A DNA stretch of 64,000 nt from Candidatus Latescibacterota bacterium (GCA_965222075.1 OZ244937.1:2656001-2720000), one strand, 5' to 3'; positions 9,418 to 20,120 are shown, counted from the stretch's first letter. Notes: generated by a model from the sequence alone, not told the origin. Numbers and translations are program-made.

Positions 9418-11346
9418 CTAACTCACTGCGGTCCCGTCCGGCACCTCCGAATCGGGTCGAAGCAGCGCCAGATGCCCATCTCCCGAGGCCGCCAGGAGCA
9501 TACCCTCCGACGCCACCCCCCGGATGGTTGCGGGCGCTAAGTTGGCCACCACCACAATCTGAGCTCCAACCAGCGCATCTGGCTCGTAGCGCTGGGCCAC
9601 GCCCGCAACAAGCTGGCGTTTCTCATCCCCCAGGTTCACCTGCAGCTTCAAGAGGCGGTCGGCCCCCTCGACCCGTTCTGCGGCCTCAATCCGGGCCACC
9701 CGGAGGTCCAGCTTTTGAAATTCCTGAAAGGATATCCGGTCCTTGCGTTCCTCCGACATTTGATGCTCCCTGGTGTCTTTTTCATCCGATTCTGTCTCTG
9801 CTTCAATCAATGTCCCGTCAACCCTTGGGAAGACCGGTTCGGCTGCCTGAACCTTCAAGCCGGCCCGAAGCCCTCCCCACGACTTCAGACCCTGAAGCCG
9901 CTGGTCCTCCAGCGCCCCCGCCGCGCCAACCTGTTCCCAGATCTCCCGGGCCTTTTCAGGCATCACCGGAAAAAGCAGAACGGCCAGGTGACGCATCGTC
10001 TCCAACAGCCCGTAGATCGTGGCCTCAAGCGCCTCACGTTTGTCCGGATGCTTTGCCAGGTTCCAGGGAGCCTGGACCTCGACAAACCGGTTGGCCTCCC
10101 GCACCAGTCCCCAGATCGCATCTAAGATGTCGGTAGGATTTAAATCTTCCAGGGCATTCCCCACCCTGTCCAACGTCTTCAAGGCCTGCTTCCGCAAAGG
10201 CCCCGGCACCGCATGGTCGGCCTCGACTTGGGGGACCTCTCCCCCCACATACCGATCGGCCATAACCACCGTGCGGTTCAGCAAATTCCCCAGGTCGTTT
10301 GCCAGCTCCGCGTTGTACCGCTGAACAAAGGCCGCTTCGCTGAAGCTGCTGTCCAGACCCAGCACCATTTCCCGGACCAAGAAATACCGAAAGGCATCCA
10401 CCCCGTATTTATCGGCAAGGTCCAGCGGACGGACCACGTTCCTCAGAGACTTGCTCATCTTCGCCTCGTCCACCAGCCACCATCCGTGGGGCATCACCGT
10501 CTCGGGAATCGGAAGCCCGATGGCCTTCAGCATGGTCGGCCAGTACACACAGTGCGTCGTAACAATATCCTTTCCGATCAGATGGCAGGACGCAGGCCAC
10601 CATCGGTTGAATTCCCCATCGTCCTGCAGATAACCCGGCGCGGTGATATAATTGATCAGGGCGTCGAACCAGACATAGCAGACATAAGCCTCGTCAAACG
10701 GAAGCGGAACACCCCAGGCCAGCCTCGCTTTGGGCCGGGAAATACACAGGTCATTGAGGGGATTTTTCAGGAACCCCAGAACTTCGTTTTGGCGTGTCCC
10801 GGGCCGGATGAACCGGGGATGCGTCTGAATGTGTTGAATCAACCATTCCTGATACCTGCCCATTCGAAAGAAATAGTTCTTCTCCGAAATCCGGATCACC
10901 CCACGCCCGCACTCCGGGCATTTCCTCTCCACCAGATCTTTCTCCGTCCAGAAGCGCTCGTCAGGAACGCAGTACCATCCTTCGTAATCGTCCGCATAGA
11001 TCTCCCCCGCGTCCCAGAGCCGCTGCAGGATCTCCCGGACCACCCTGCGGTGCCTCGCCTCGGTCGTACGGATAAAATCGTCGTGCGAAATGTTCAGAGA
11101 CTTCCACTGCGCCTGGAAGCGGAGCACCATCTCATCGCAGTGGGCCTGCGGGGAGATCCCCCGCGCCTTTGCCGCCTGCTCCACCTTTTGACCGTGTTCG
11201 TCTGTACCGGTCAAAAACAGCACCTCGTCCCCTGCCGTCCTGTGGTACCGGGCCAGCACATCGGCCATAATCGTCGTATACGCATGGCCGATGTGGGGAT
11301 CGTCGTTTACGTAGTAAATCGGTGTAGTAATATAAAACTTGCCCAT
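9418..11346 (-). CDS. metG: Methionyl-tRNA synthetase with C-terminal tRNA-binding domain
   Basis: FYITTPIYYVN..PHIGH, KMSKS, C-terminal OB domain (VANL.P...GVASEGM); start set at MGKFY. Confidence 0.97.
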   Translation of the reverse strand: MGKFYITTPIYYVNDDPHIGHAYTTIMADVLARYHRTAGDEVLFLTGTDEHGQKVEQAAKARGISPQAHCDEMVLRFQAQWKSLNISHDDFIRTTEARHRRVVREILQRLWDAGEIYADDYEGWYCVPDERFWTEKDLVERKCPECGRGVIRISEKNYFFRMGRYQEWLIQHIQTHPRFIRPGTRQNEVLGFLKNPLNDLCISRPKARLAWGVPLPFDEAYVCYVWFDALINYITAPGYLQDDGEFNRWWPASCHLIGKDIVTTHCVYWPTMLKAIGLPIPETVMPHGWWLVDEAKMSKSLRNVVRPLDLADKYGVDAFRYFLVREMVLGLDSSFSEAAFVQRYNAELANDLGNLLNRTVVMADRYVGGEVPQVEADHAVPGPLRKQALKTLDRVGNALEDLNPTDILDAIWGLVREANRFVEVQAPWNLAKHPDKREALEATIYGLLETMRHLAVLLFPVMPEKAREIWEQVGAAGALEDQRLQGLKSWGGLRAGLKVQAAEPVFPRVDGTLIEAETESDEKDTREHQMSEERKDRISFQEFQKLDLRVARIEAAERVEGADRLLKLQVNLGDEKRQLVAGVAQRYEPDALVGAQIVVVANLAPATIRGVASEGMLLAASGDGHLALLRPDSEVPDGTAVS

Positions 11347-11450
11347 TGAGATAACTTTTCTGGCACCTACCGCAAACAATAGGGTGAACCGTTTTTCTGC
11401 GTATGCGTTCAAATAAATCAAGGGGGTTACAAAATGCTAAGTGCTGTGCG

Positions 11451-12512
11451 CTATGCGTACTGTCTCACCTGCCGCCAGAGAGAGACCAGTCCCAGGTGAA
11501 AGTTGACATTTCGGTTGTTCATCTCCCGGAGAGCTTCTACCCTGCCAACCGTCTGCTGCAACCGCTCTGTGTCAAACGCCTCCGACAACCGTTCAATATC
11601 GCGCAAACGCGTCCGATGCGAAACCCGATCGGCGTCTCCGTTTCGATAAATCAGAATATCCCGCAGCCAGACTACCGCGCCTCCCAACACATGCAGCCCC
11701 TTCTGCCGGTCTGAAGCCAGCTGCTCCAGCGCCGTATACGTCTTGAACTCCTCTCCCCAGATCAGGGCTTCTAAAAACCGGTACGCCCGATCCTGTACAT
11801 CTTCCACCTCCGTATCGGCCATCTCCCGGGCCCGCCGGAGGTTGCCCCCGCACGAGCGCGCAATAAACCAGGCGTGATCGGCGCCAAGGCCCATTTGTGC
11901 GATTAGCGTCTCCGCCACGTCCCGGATGGAAAGGGGCGAAAACGTCTGGACCTGGCATCGGGACACAACTGTAGGCAGCAGGACCTCGGAACTGGGTGCG
12001 GTCAGGATCAGCACAGACCGATCCGGCGGTTCCTCTAAGGTCTTAAGCAGGGCATTGGAGGCCTCGGGACGCATGTGGTCCGCATGAAGAATGACGGCCG
12101 TTCGCCATGCGCCTTCAAAGGCTCCATAAGAGAACTGCTTCTGGAGCTCCCGGATCCGATCCACGGAAATGGTCGCGGTCGCCTCCGGCAGCGAATAACC
12201 GTAGGGGTCCTGCATCACCTCCTGCAAGATCCCCCGCTGGACATCTTGTATGGTACGTGCAGAAAAGGGAAACAGCAGCGACAAATCGGCGTGGTTCAAA
12301 GCCGCCGTTTTTCGACATCCCCTGCAGGTTCCACACGTCCCCTCCGCCCCTTGTTCGCAGTGCAGCGTCCGGGCCATCTCTAAGGCGGCTGCACCCCCCC
12401 CCGTCCCGGCGGGTCCGACAAACAGGAGGGCATGGGGAATCCGACCGGTTTGGATAAGCCGCTTGAGAAAGACAACGGCCCGCCTCTGACCTACCACGCA
12501 CGAATCAAACAT
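11451..12512 (-). CDS. holB: DNA polymerase III delta-prime subunit
   Basis: HALLFVGPAGTG, Zn-binding Cys cluster, ASNALLKTLEEP, TVVSRC. Confidence 0.9.
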   Translation of the reverse strand: MFDSCVVGQRRAVVFLKRLIQTGRIPHALLFVGPAGTGGGAAALEMARTLHCEQGAEGTCGTCRGCRKTAALNHADLSLLFPFSARTIQDVQRGILQEVMQDPYGYSLPEATATISVDRIRELQKQFSYGAFEGAWRTAVILHADHMRPEASNALLKTLEEPPDRSVLILTAPSSEVLLPTVVSRCQVQTFSPLSIRDVAETLIAQMGLGADHAWFIARSCGGNLRRAREMADTEVEDVQDRAYRFLEALIWGEEFKTYTALEQLASDRQKGLHVLGGAVVWLRDILIYRNGDADRVSHRTRLRDIERLSEAFDTERLQQTVGRVEALREMNNRNVNFHLGLVSLWRQVRQYA

Positions 12513-12522
12513 CGCCCATCCC

Positions 12523-13107
12523 TCAAATGCGCTGATAAAGTGGCGTAACGGTGCCTCCCAACCCGTCGGAGAGTTTCCCCCGGAGGGCCTTCAACATCAC
12601 AAGCGCATCCTCTCTGGGCCGGCTGTAATAGCCCCTCCGAATCGCTACGGTTTGGAATCCAACCTGCTTATAAAGGGCAATTGCTGCCCTATTCGAACCG
12701 CGCACTTCCAAAGACACAAGGCTGACCGGCCGACGTTTGAGCACATCCAGCAGCACATCCAACAGCTGCCGCCCTATGCCCCGGTTCTGTAGGTCTGGAT
12801 GAACGGCAAAGTCGGCCAGGTGGAATTCTTCCATCACAAAAAACCCGAGGGCATAGCCGATGACCCGGCCCTCCACTAAGCAGACAACGCCATAGCTGCC
12901 CTCTCTGGCCAGGGCATACTGAAAATCTTTCAGCCGCCAGGGGTTGGAAAACACAGCCTGCTCAATCTCCAGCACGGCATCCAGATACGCCTCGTCCATC
13001 TCCTCCAGTACAAACAGCAGTGCATCGGAGTCTATTCTCCCCTCCCCGCTTCGGGGAGGAGCCGTGGGAGGGGTCTCAATGGGCAATTTGCATTTCTCAA
13101 TTTTCAA
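12523..13107 (-). CDS. rimI: Ribosomal protein alanine N-acetyltransferase (start uncertain)
   Basis: PW motif, LEVRGSNRAAIALY..GF...RRGYY..P.EDA; adjacent to tsaB. Confidence 0.9.
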   Translation of the reverse strand: MKIEKCKLPIETPPTAPPRSGEGRIDSDALLFVLEEMDEAYLDAVLEIEQAVFSNPWRLKDFQYALAREGSYGVVCLVEGRVIGYALGFFVMEEFHLADFAVHPDLQNRGIGRQLLDVLLDVLKRRPVSLVSLEVRGSNRAAIALYKQVGFQTVAIRRGYYSRPREDALVMLKALRGKLSDGLGGTVTPLYQRI

Positions 13108-13807
13108 TTTTCAATTCCCTGAGGCGTTCCTCTCGCACCCATTCGGCCTGCGAACGCCTCAGATAGCTGGGTTCTGCCTTGGAAAGATCCTCGACCTCAC
13201 CCGCCATCAGCCGGCGTATCCCCAGCAACGCCACCGATGCCGCACCGGGGCGGTTGAGGGCTCCGGATACAAAATGGGCCTCCCCCTCCAGAACGTCCAG
13301 AATCCGGTCGCGGTAGACGACCGCCCCCTCTCCCACGAACAGAACCGGCCGGGACAACCGCCCCAACAGGTCACCTACCCCAAGGACGGCGTCGGGGACC
13401 AGGCAGGCCAGCCGCTTCCCATCCAGTTGGTAAACCCCCGCGTACACTTCCCCCCGACGCGCATCCAGCATCGAACAGGTCGCCATCCCCCCAACAGCCA
13501 CCCGCAGCGCCAGCGCTTCCAGGGTAGGCACGCTCAGCAGGGACAGACCCGAGGCCAGACAGAGCCCCTTGGCACTGCTCATCCCAATCCGCAAACCGGT
13601 AAACGAACCCGGACCGGCAGAAACGCCCACACCGTCCAGATCGGAGGGCCCCATCCCGGCGTCCTCTAAAACCCGCTGGACCATCGGCAGCACCCGCCTG
13701 GCATGCTGCACGCCCACATCCAGTGTATACTCGGCAACCACCCGGTCCGAATCCGCCAGGGCCACACTGCAAACAGGCGTTGCCGTCTCAATCCCCAACA
13801 CACGCAT
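13097..13807 (-). CDS. tsaB: tRNA t6A biosynthesis protein TsaB
   Basis: VLGIETAT, GPGSFTGLRIG, DARRGEVY, P.YLR. Confidence 0.95.
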   Translation of the reverse strand: MRVLGIETATPVCSVALADSDRVVAEYTLDVGVQHARRVLPMVQRVLEDAGMGPSDLDGVGVSAGPGSFTGLRIGMSSAKGLCLASGLSLLSVPTLEALALRVAVGGMATCSMLDARRGEVYAGVYQLDGKRLACLVPDAVLGVGDLLGRLSRPVLFVGEGAVVYRDRILDVLEGEAHFVSGALNRPGAASVALLGIRRLMAGEVEDLSKAEPSYLRRSQAEWVREERLRELKIEN

Positions 13808-13889
13808 CGCACGGCCTCTGTGAGTCCGGACAACCGACCACCGACGCGGACGAGACGCGTGGGGCCTGCTGTCTGTCGTCCGTCGTCTC

Positions 13890-14912
13890 TTACAACAACC
13901 GTCCCTGCTCACCCTCCGGCGGCTTCATCCCCAGGTGCCGGTAAGCCCGTTCGGTCGCCTGGCGACCCCGAGGTTTGCGGATCAGGTACCCCTGCTGGAT
14001 CAAATAAGGTTCGTAGACGTCTTCAATCGTATCCGTCTCTTCCCCAAGTGCGGCCGACAGGTTGTTCAGCCCCACCGGTCCCCCGCTGAACTTCTCGATC
14101 AGGATCAAGAGCAGCCGACGGTCCATCTCGTCCAGCCCCTCTGTATCGATATCTAAGAGTTTGAGTGCATGAACGGCCACGTTATGGGTAATCACCCCAT
14201 CGGCGCGGGCCTGGGCAAAATCCCTGGAGCGGTCCAGCAGCCGGTTGGCAATTCGCGCGGTGCCCCGCGCCCGGCGGGCAATCTCTTTGGCCCCGTCCGG
14301 CTCGATGTCGATCTTCAAGATCCGCGCCGAACGCTCAACAATAAATTTGATCTCCGCCTCCGAATAGAAATCGAGCCGCTCAAGAATCCCGAACCGGGTC
14401 CGCATCGGACTGGTCAACAGCCCCAATCGGGTAGTCGCTCCCACCAGCGTAAACGGCTCTAAGGGGATCCGGTAGGATCGGGCGCTCGGCCCGCTGTCGA
14501 CCATAATATCGAGCGTAAAATCCTCCATCGCCGAGTAGAGTGTCTCTTCCACCACCCGGTTCATCCGGTGAATCTCATCGATAAAAAACACATCCCGCTC
14601 GTTCAGATTGGTAAGAATGCCCGCCAGGTCCGCCGCCCGCTCCAGCACAGGCCCCGATGTGGGCACAACCTCCACCCCCAGTTCGTGGGCAATCACGTAG
14701 GCCAGGGTCGTCTTTCCCAGCCCAGGCGGCCCGTAGAGCAGCGCGTGGTCCATCGCATCGCCCCGGTGCAGCGCGGCTTCAACCGCAATCCGGAGCTTGT
14801 CCTTCACCTTCTCCTGTCCTGTCATGTCCTCAAACCGGACCGGCCGCAGCCGCTCGTCCGACTCAAACTCGTCCCCATCCTGCGCATTGGGGGCATTTAT
14901 CCGCTTATCCAT
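13890..14912 (-). CDS. ruvB: Holliday junction helicase RuvB
   Basis: [30 protein letters not shown]. Confidence 0.98.
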   Translation of the reverse strand: MDKRINAPNAQDGDEFESDERLRPVRFEDMTGQEKVKDKLRIAVEAALHRGDAMDHALLYGPPGLGKTTLAYVIAHELGVEVVPTSGPVLERAADLAGILTNLNERDVFFIDEIHRMNRVVEETLYSAMEDFTLDIMVDSGPSARSYRIPLEPFTLVGATTRLGLLTSPMRTRFGILERLDFYSEAEIKFIVERSARILKIDIEPDGAKEIARRARGTARIANRLLDRSRDFAQARADGVITHNVAVHALKLLDIDTEGLDEMDRRLLLILIEKFSGGPVGLNNLSAALGEETDTIEDVYEPYLIQQGYLIRKPRGRQATERAYRHLGMKPPEGEQGRLL

Positions 14913-15026
14913 ACCAAACCCTTCCTTTCCAACCCCAGCCGCGAGTCATGAGTCGCGAGTCGAAGCCAAAAGCGGCGGAGAGGCGGGGAACTCGTGACCC
15001 GTGACCCGCGACTTTTGACTATCCTT

Positions 15027-15620
15027 CTAAATCCGTTTCAACGCCAGCCGGATCACCTCCTCCACCGCCACTTCGTCCCCGCCTTCCTGAATCACCAGCG
15101 CCACCACCCTCCGCGCCTGGAGGGGGTTTGTGCCCAGGCCGATCAGGGCCCTGGTCGCCTCTTCCAGCTGGTCCAGTGCCCCCTCCGCCACGATCTCTTC
15201 CATACCCTCAGGCGCAAGCGTCCCGACCCGGTCCTTCAGTTCCAGGACCAGCCGCTGCGCGAGTTTCTGGCCGATGCCCTTAATACGCGTCAGTCCCTTG
15301 ATATCCTCCGCAAAGACCAGCTGCTGGAAGTCCGCAATCGAGACGCCCGACAGGATCTTCTGGGCCAACGGAGGGCCGATTCCAGCAACCGAGATCAACA
15401 TCTCGAACAGATCCCGCTCCGCCTGGGTCATAAATCCGTAGAGCGCCATCGCGTCTTCCCGCACATACAGATGGGTCAGAACCTTGATCGTCTTCCCGAC
15501 CTCCTGCGCCCCGTCATAGCTCGAAAGCGGAATATGCACATAAAGCCCAACGCCTCCCACATCCACGATGAGGTGCGTTGGACTTTTGGCCACCAGCCTG
15601 CCCTCTAAGTAAGAAACCAT
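15027..15620 (-). CDS. ruvA: Holliday junction DNA-binding protein RuvA
   Basis: VDVGGVG, VREDAMALYGF, two HhH motifs. Confidence 0.96.
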   Translation of the reverse strand: MVSYLEGRLVAKSPTHLIVDVGGVGLYVHIPLSSYDGAQEVGKTIKVLTHLYVREDAMALYGFMTQAERDLFEMLISVAGIGPPLAQKILSGVSIADFQQLVFAEDIKGLTRIKGIGQKLAQRLVLELKDRVGTLAPEGMEEIVAEGALDQLEEATRALIGLGTNPLQARRVVALVIQEGGDEVAVEEVIRLALKRI

Positions 15621-15627
15621 CGGCCTC

Positions 15628-16257
15628 TTATCGCCCTCCCCGCCTGGTGAGCGCACGCCGGGACTTCGGATCCAGCTTCGCGGCCTTTATCTTCTCATCC
15701 AGCCGATTGGGCCGCCGGTCGTAGGCCCCGGCTTCCCGCAGTTTGGCCTCCAGATCGTTCTTCTCACGCCCCCCATGTCCCTCCAGCAGCCCGCCCCGGT
15801 TCGCATGACAAAGGGCAATGGCCACGGCATCGGTGACATCGTAGGTCTCGGGCAGTTTGTCCATCTCGAAAATACGCTGAACCATAAACTGCACCTGCTC
15901 CTTGGAGGCGCCCCCCCGCCCTACCACCGCCTTCTTGACCTCTCTGGGCGAATACTCAAAAATCGGGAGGTACGAATTGGCCAGGGCCAGCAGAATCGCC
16001 CCTCGTGCATGACACATCTTCATCAGGGTCTGCACATTGGCCCCGTAGAAGACCGCCTCCACCGCAACCTCATCCGGCGCCACATTGGAGACCAGTTCGA
16101 GCAGGCCGTCGTAAATCTCCAAAAGCCGCCGGGCAAAGGGCAGCTTGGCGTCTGGCCTCAGACAGCCGCAGGTCATCAATCTGCTCTTCCGGTTTTGATG
16201 TTCCACAACACCATAACCGGTAACCACGCTACCGGGGTCGATACCCAGGATAACCAC
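15628..16257 (-). CDS. ruvC: Holliday junction resolvase RuvC with C-terminal extension
   Basis: ILGIDPG, EYSPREVKK, ASKEQV, DVTDAVAIALCH; GTG start inferred. Confidence 0.95.
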   Translation of the reverse strand: MVILGIDPGSVVTGYGVVEHQNRKSRLMTCGCLRPDAKLPFARRLLEIYDGLLELVSNVAPDEVAVEAVFYGANVQTLMKMCHARGAILLALANSYLPIFEYSPREVKKAVVGRGGASKEQVQFMVQRIFEMDKLPETYDVTDAVAIALCHANRGGLLEGHGGREKNDLEAKLREAGAYDRRPNRLDEKIKAAKLDPKSRRALTRRGGR

Positions 16258-16363
16258 ACAACCCCCCTTGCACAGGGAGAATAGAGAGGAAAGGTCAAAG
16301 AAGGAGGGGAGGAGGGAGGAAAATCGGAACGCTTGGTATTTCTGATTCCGTGGTGTTTTATGC

Positions 16364-17113
16364 CTAAGAAGCCAGTGCTGCCAATTCCTGATCGTCCATC
16401 TCAAAGTTCGCATATACCCGCTGCACATCGTCGTGGTCTTCCAGCACCTCCAGCAGGGTCAAAATCCGCTTTGCCAGCTTCCCCTCCAAGGGTACTGTAT
16501 TTTGGGGAATTCGGGTCAATTCCGCCCGTTCGCAGGCAATGTTTTTCGCCTCTAAGGCCTTTCGGACCTGGTCGAATTCCTGCATCGGTGTGTAGACCTC
16601 ATACCTGTCCTCTTCCTCGACCATGTCCTCCGCACCCGCATCTAACACAACCGTCATCAACGTCTCTTCGTCCACATCGTTTTGGTTGACCACAAACAGT
16701 CCCTTCTGGTCAAAAATCCAGGCTACCGCGCCGCTTTCAGCCATGCTGGCATTATACTTGTTGAACAGGTGCCGGATCTCCGAAACCGTCCGGTTCTTGT
16801 TGTCCGTCAACACCTCTACAAACAGCGCCGTGCCCCCCGGCCCATACCCCTCGTAAACGGCCCCCTCATAGGATTCCCCGGGAAGCTCTCCGATCCCCTT
16901 CTTGATGGCCCGCTCGATGTTGGCCGCTGGCATATTTTCAGACTTGGCGTTGAGAACCGCAGCCCGCAAACGGGGATTGTTCGCCTCTTCGCCGCCTCCC
17001 TCCCGAGCGGCAACCGTAATCTCCCGAATCAACTTGCTAAACAACTTCCCGCGTGCCGCATCGGCCCTGCCCTTCCTGTACTTGATGTTCGCCCACTTCG
17101 AATGTCCGGCCAT
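16364..17113 (-). CDS. yebC: YebC/PmpR family protein
   Basis: MAGHSKWANIK, YEGYGPGG, TDNKNRT, LEDHDDVQ. Confidence 0.97.
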   Translation of the reverse strand: MAGHSKWANIKYRKGRADAARGKLFSKLIREITVAAREGGGEEANNPRLRAAVLNAKSENMPAANIERAIKKGIGELPGESYEGAVYEGYGPGGTALFVEVLTDNKNRTVSEIRHLFNKYNASMAESGAVAWIFDQKGLFVVNQNDVDEETLMTVVLDAGAEDMVEEEDRYEVYTPMQEFDQVRKALEAKNIACERAELTRIPQNTVPLEGKLAKRILTLLEVLEDHDDVQRVYANFEMDDQELAALAS

Positions 17114-17232
17114 AGAGGCACCAACCTCCTTCCAAAGACCTGAGCCTTCTGTGCCAAATCGCCCTAACTCTTTGATAATATAGCAAGAAAAACATATGAA
17201 GGCAAGATAAAATCGGGCTGTGCGCCCCTCCC

Positions 17233-17802
17233 CTATCGCTTCTCAACCAGAAGGAAAAATTCTCGGTTTCCCCCGCTGCCCGGCACCTTCGACTCAACCC
17301 GTTTCGCAACCGGGATATCCGACTGCTCCAGCCCTTGAATCACGCGTGTGACCACATCCTCCAAACAATCCGGCAGCACCACGCCCCCCTCACGTTCAAA
17401 CGCCCCTGCCTCGTATTGGGGCTTGAGCAGCGCCACCACATCCCCCTGCTCTCCCAAGAGGGCCACTGCCTTGGGCAGGATAAGCCCAAGCGGGGTCCAC
17501 CCGACGTCAACCACCACCAGATCAAGGGGTTCGGGCAGGGTCACGTGCAGGGCATTCTCCCGCTCCAGCACCACCACCCGGCGATCCTGCCGCAACTTCC
17601 AGCCGAGCACCCCGTAGCCCGTATCAATCGCATAGACCCGAGCCGCCCCCCGCTGCAGCAAACAATCCGTAAACCCGCCCACATTGGCCCCCAAATCTGC
17701 CGCTACACACCCCGCCACATCCACCTCAAGCGCCTCCAGAGCGCCCTCCAGCTTATCGCCGCCTCGGCTGATAAACCGCCGACTTTTGAGGCGTCTTACC
17801 AC
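17233..17802 (-). CDS. TlyA-like rRNA 2'-O-methyltransferase, catalytic domain only
   Basis: FISRGGDKL, DLGANVGGFTDCLLQRGA, LLKPQYEA, GNREF; AAAGGAGG SD before the GTG start. Confidence 0.85.
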   Translation of the reverse strand: MVRRLKSRRFISRGGDKLEGALEALEVDVAGCVAADLGANVGGFTDCLLQRGAARVYAIDTGYGVLGWKLRQDRRVVVLERENALHVTLPEPLDLVVVDVGWTPLGLILPKAVALLGEQGDVVALLKPQYEAGAFEREGGVVLPDCLEDVVTRVIQGLEQSDIPVAKRVESKVPGSGGNREFFLLVEKR

Positions 17803-17826
17803 CCCGCGACCTCCTTTCCCATTGAC

Positions 17827-17857
17827 AAAAAAAGGCGGCGCCCGGGAGCGCCGCCTT
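17827..17857 (-). terminator. Intrinsic terminator after EF-G2
   Basis: GGCGGCGC/GCGCCGCC stem with a U7 tract on the minus strand. Confidence 0.85.
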
Positions 17858-17885
17858 GAAACTACGGTGAATAACCCGCTTCCAC

Positions 17886-19979
17886 CTAAGCTTCTACGGC
17901 CTCCCCCTCCTCTTTCTTGGATGCCTCCACGATCTTCTGCGTCAGATCTCGGGGCACCTGTTCGTAATGGGAAATTTCCATAGTATAATCACCCATGCCC
18001 TGGGTCATGGAGCGCAGCGACGTCGAGTATTTGTAAAGCTCCGCAAGGGGCACCTCCGCACGAATCACCTGGAATTTTCCCTCTGGGTCCATCCCCTGAA
18101 TCCGGCCCCGCCGGCCGTTCAGGTCTCCCATCACATCGCCCATGTATTTCTCAGGCACGGTCACTGTCACCCTGTAAATCGGTTCTAAAAGAATCGGCCT
18201 GGCGTCCATAAAGGCCTTCTGAAAAGCCTGGGACCCTGCCATCTGAAAAGCCATATCGGAGGAGTCAACAGAGTGGTAAGACCCGTCGTAAACCGTAACC
18301 TTGGTATCCACAATATGGTAACCCGCCAGCACCCCGCGCGCCATGGCCTCGACAACCCCCTTCTCAACCGCCGGGATGAAATTGCGCGGAATGGCCCCAC
18401 CCACAACTTTGTCCTCAAATTCATATCCTCCACCTCGGCCTTTGGCCTCCACTCGCAGGTACGCTTCCCCGAACTGCCCCCGGCCGCCGGTCTGTTTCTT
18501 GTGCCGGTGGCGTCCTTCTGCTTTACCCGTAATGGTCTCCCGATAGGGAATCCGAGGCTCGACCTTGTCCACCTCCACACCAAATTTCTGCTTCAGCTTC
18601 TGAAGCACAACCTCTAAGTGGAGTTCCCCCTGGCCCTCCACGATAATCTGTTTCAACTCCGGATCGTACCGGGAAATAAAACCGGGATCTTCTTCGTGGA
18701 TACGCTGCAGCCCCGTACTGATCTTATCCTCATCCCCCCGCGACTTGGGCTGAAGGGCAATCCGAATCAGAGGATGGGGGAATTCAACGGATGTCACTTC
18801 CAGAGGCGAACGTCGGTCGCAAATCGTGTTCCCGGTGTGGGTGTCCTTCAACTTGACAAGCGCCCCCATATCGCCCGCAGGAACAGACACGACCTCCTGC
18901 CGGTCCTGTCCGTTCAACACATAGATCTGACCGACCCGTTCGACCGCCCCACGACTGGCATTGTAAGATTCGCTTGCGGCTTTAAGTGTTCCCGAATAAA
19001 CACGCATAAAAGACAGGTCGCCCACCGTCTCCGAAATGGTTTTAAAGACCACCGCAGATAAGGGGCCATCTTCAGAAGGGGTCAATTCAACGGTCTCTTC
19101 CGAATCGCCCTTTTGTGCGCTTTGCGGAGGCATATCTGAGGGAGAAGGCATCTCACCGACCAGAAAATTCAGGAGCAGGTCCGTGCCGATGTTTCGAAAC
19201 GCATCGCCACACAGCACGGGAAAAAGCGTTCGGTTGACAATGCCGATCTTCAGGCCGCGAGCGACCTCTTCCTCAGAGAGTTCCTCCTCCTCCAGATACT
19301 TTTCCGTCAGCTCATCCTCGCTCTCCGCAGCGGTCTCAATAATCTGCTCTCGAATCTCTCCAACCTGGTCCCGTAAATCGGCCGGCACATCTTCGGCTTC
19401 GGACTTGCCGCTCCCATCCGTAGGGTAGGTCAACAGCTTCATCTGGAGCACATCCACAATCTGATTGAAACCCACCCCCTGGTTAACCGGAATCTGAAAT
19501 GGCACCACACCCTGTCCGTATTGTTCCTGCAAAGCCCCCAATACACCCTCAAAATCGGCGAATTCTTTGTCTACATGGTTGATAAAGAAAAGCACAGGAC
19601 GTGCAAATTCTGCTGAAAGCCCCCACGCTTTATCCGTCCCGATCTCCACGCCGTTTGCCGCATGGACCAGAATCACCGCATTGTCCGTAGCCCAGAGGGT
19701 TGCCTTGGCATCTCCGACAAAATCGGCGTATCCGGGGGCATCTAAGATGTTGATCTTGGTGTTCTTCCACTCACAGTGCAACAGCGATGTGCTGATGGAA
19801 ATTTTGCGAGAGATCTCGGCCTGGGTATAATCCGATTTGGTCGTACCCTCGTCAACCGTCCCCAGGCGGTTGCTCTGGCCCGATAAGAAGAGCGCGGCCT
19901 CGGCCAGCGAGGTCTTACCCGTGCTGCTGTGCCCGGCCAGTGCAATATTTCGAATCTTTTCAGGAGCGTAAATATTCAC
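17886..19979 (-). CDS. Elongation factor G paralog (EF-G2 type)
   Basis: GHSSTGKTS, DAPG, QGELHL, KQTGGRGQFG, DGSYHSVDSS; lacks the canonical RGITI and has no rpsL/rpsG/tuf context. Confidence 0.92.
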   Translation of the reverse strand: MNIYAPEKIRNIALAGHSSTGKTSLAEAALFLSGQSNRLGTVDEGTTKSDYTQAEISRKISISTSLLHCEWKNTKINILDAPGYADFVGDAKATLWATDNAVILVHAANGVEIGTDKAWGLSAEFARPVLFFINHVDKEFADFEGVLGALQEQYGQGVVPFQIPVNQGVGFNQIVDVLQMKLLTYPTDGSGKSEAEDVPADLRDQVGEIREQIIETAAESEDELTEKYLEEEELSEEEVARGLKIGIVNRTLFPVLCGDAFRNIGTDLLLNFLVGEMPSPSDMPPQSAQKGDSEETVELTPSEDGPLSAVVFKTISETVGDLSFMRVYSGTLKAASESYNASRGAVERVGQIYVLNGQDRQEVVSVPAGDMGALVKLKDTHTGNTICDRRSPLEVTSVEFPHPLIRIALQPKSRGDEDKISTGLQRIHEEDPGFISRYDPELKQIIVEGQGELHLEVVLQKLKQKFGVEVDKVEPRIPYRETITGKAEGRHRHKKQTGGRGQFGEAYLRVEAKGRGGGYEFEDKVVGGAIPRNFIPAVEKGVVEAMARGVLAGYHIVDTKVTVYDGSYHSVDSSDMAFQMAGSQAFQKAFMDARPILLEPIYRVTVTVPEKYMGDVMGDLNGRRGRIQGMDPEGKFQVIRAEVPLAELYKYSTSLRSMTQGMGDYTMEISHYEQVPRDLTQKIVEASKKEEGEAVEA

Positions 19980-20120
19980 ACCCGGATCCTCCTATAAAAA
20001 TACACCCTCTCATCGTTCCAAAAAAATGCCACATCGTAGGGTCACTGCCGTACCCCCACCTGAACCCTACGGCTAATAAATACAAAAAAAAACGTCTGTC
20101 AAGCATTCTTTTGAAAGACA

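Noticed and set aside
17145-17180. sigma54 promoter upstream of yebC (TGGCAC plus an IHF-like TATCAA-N4-TTA)
   Set aside because: No -12 GC at the required spacing.
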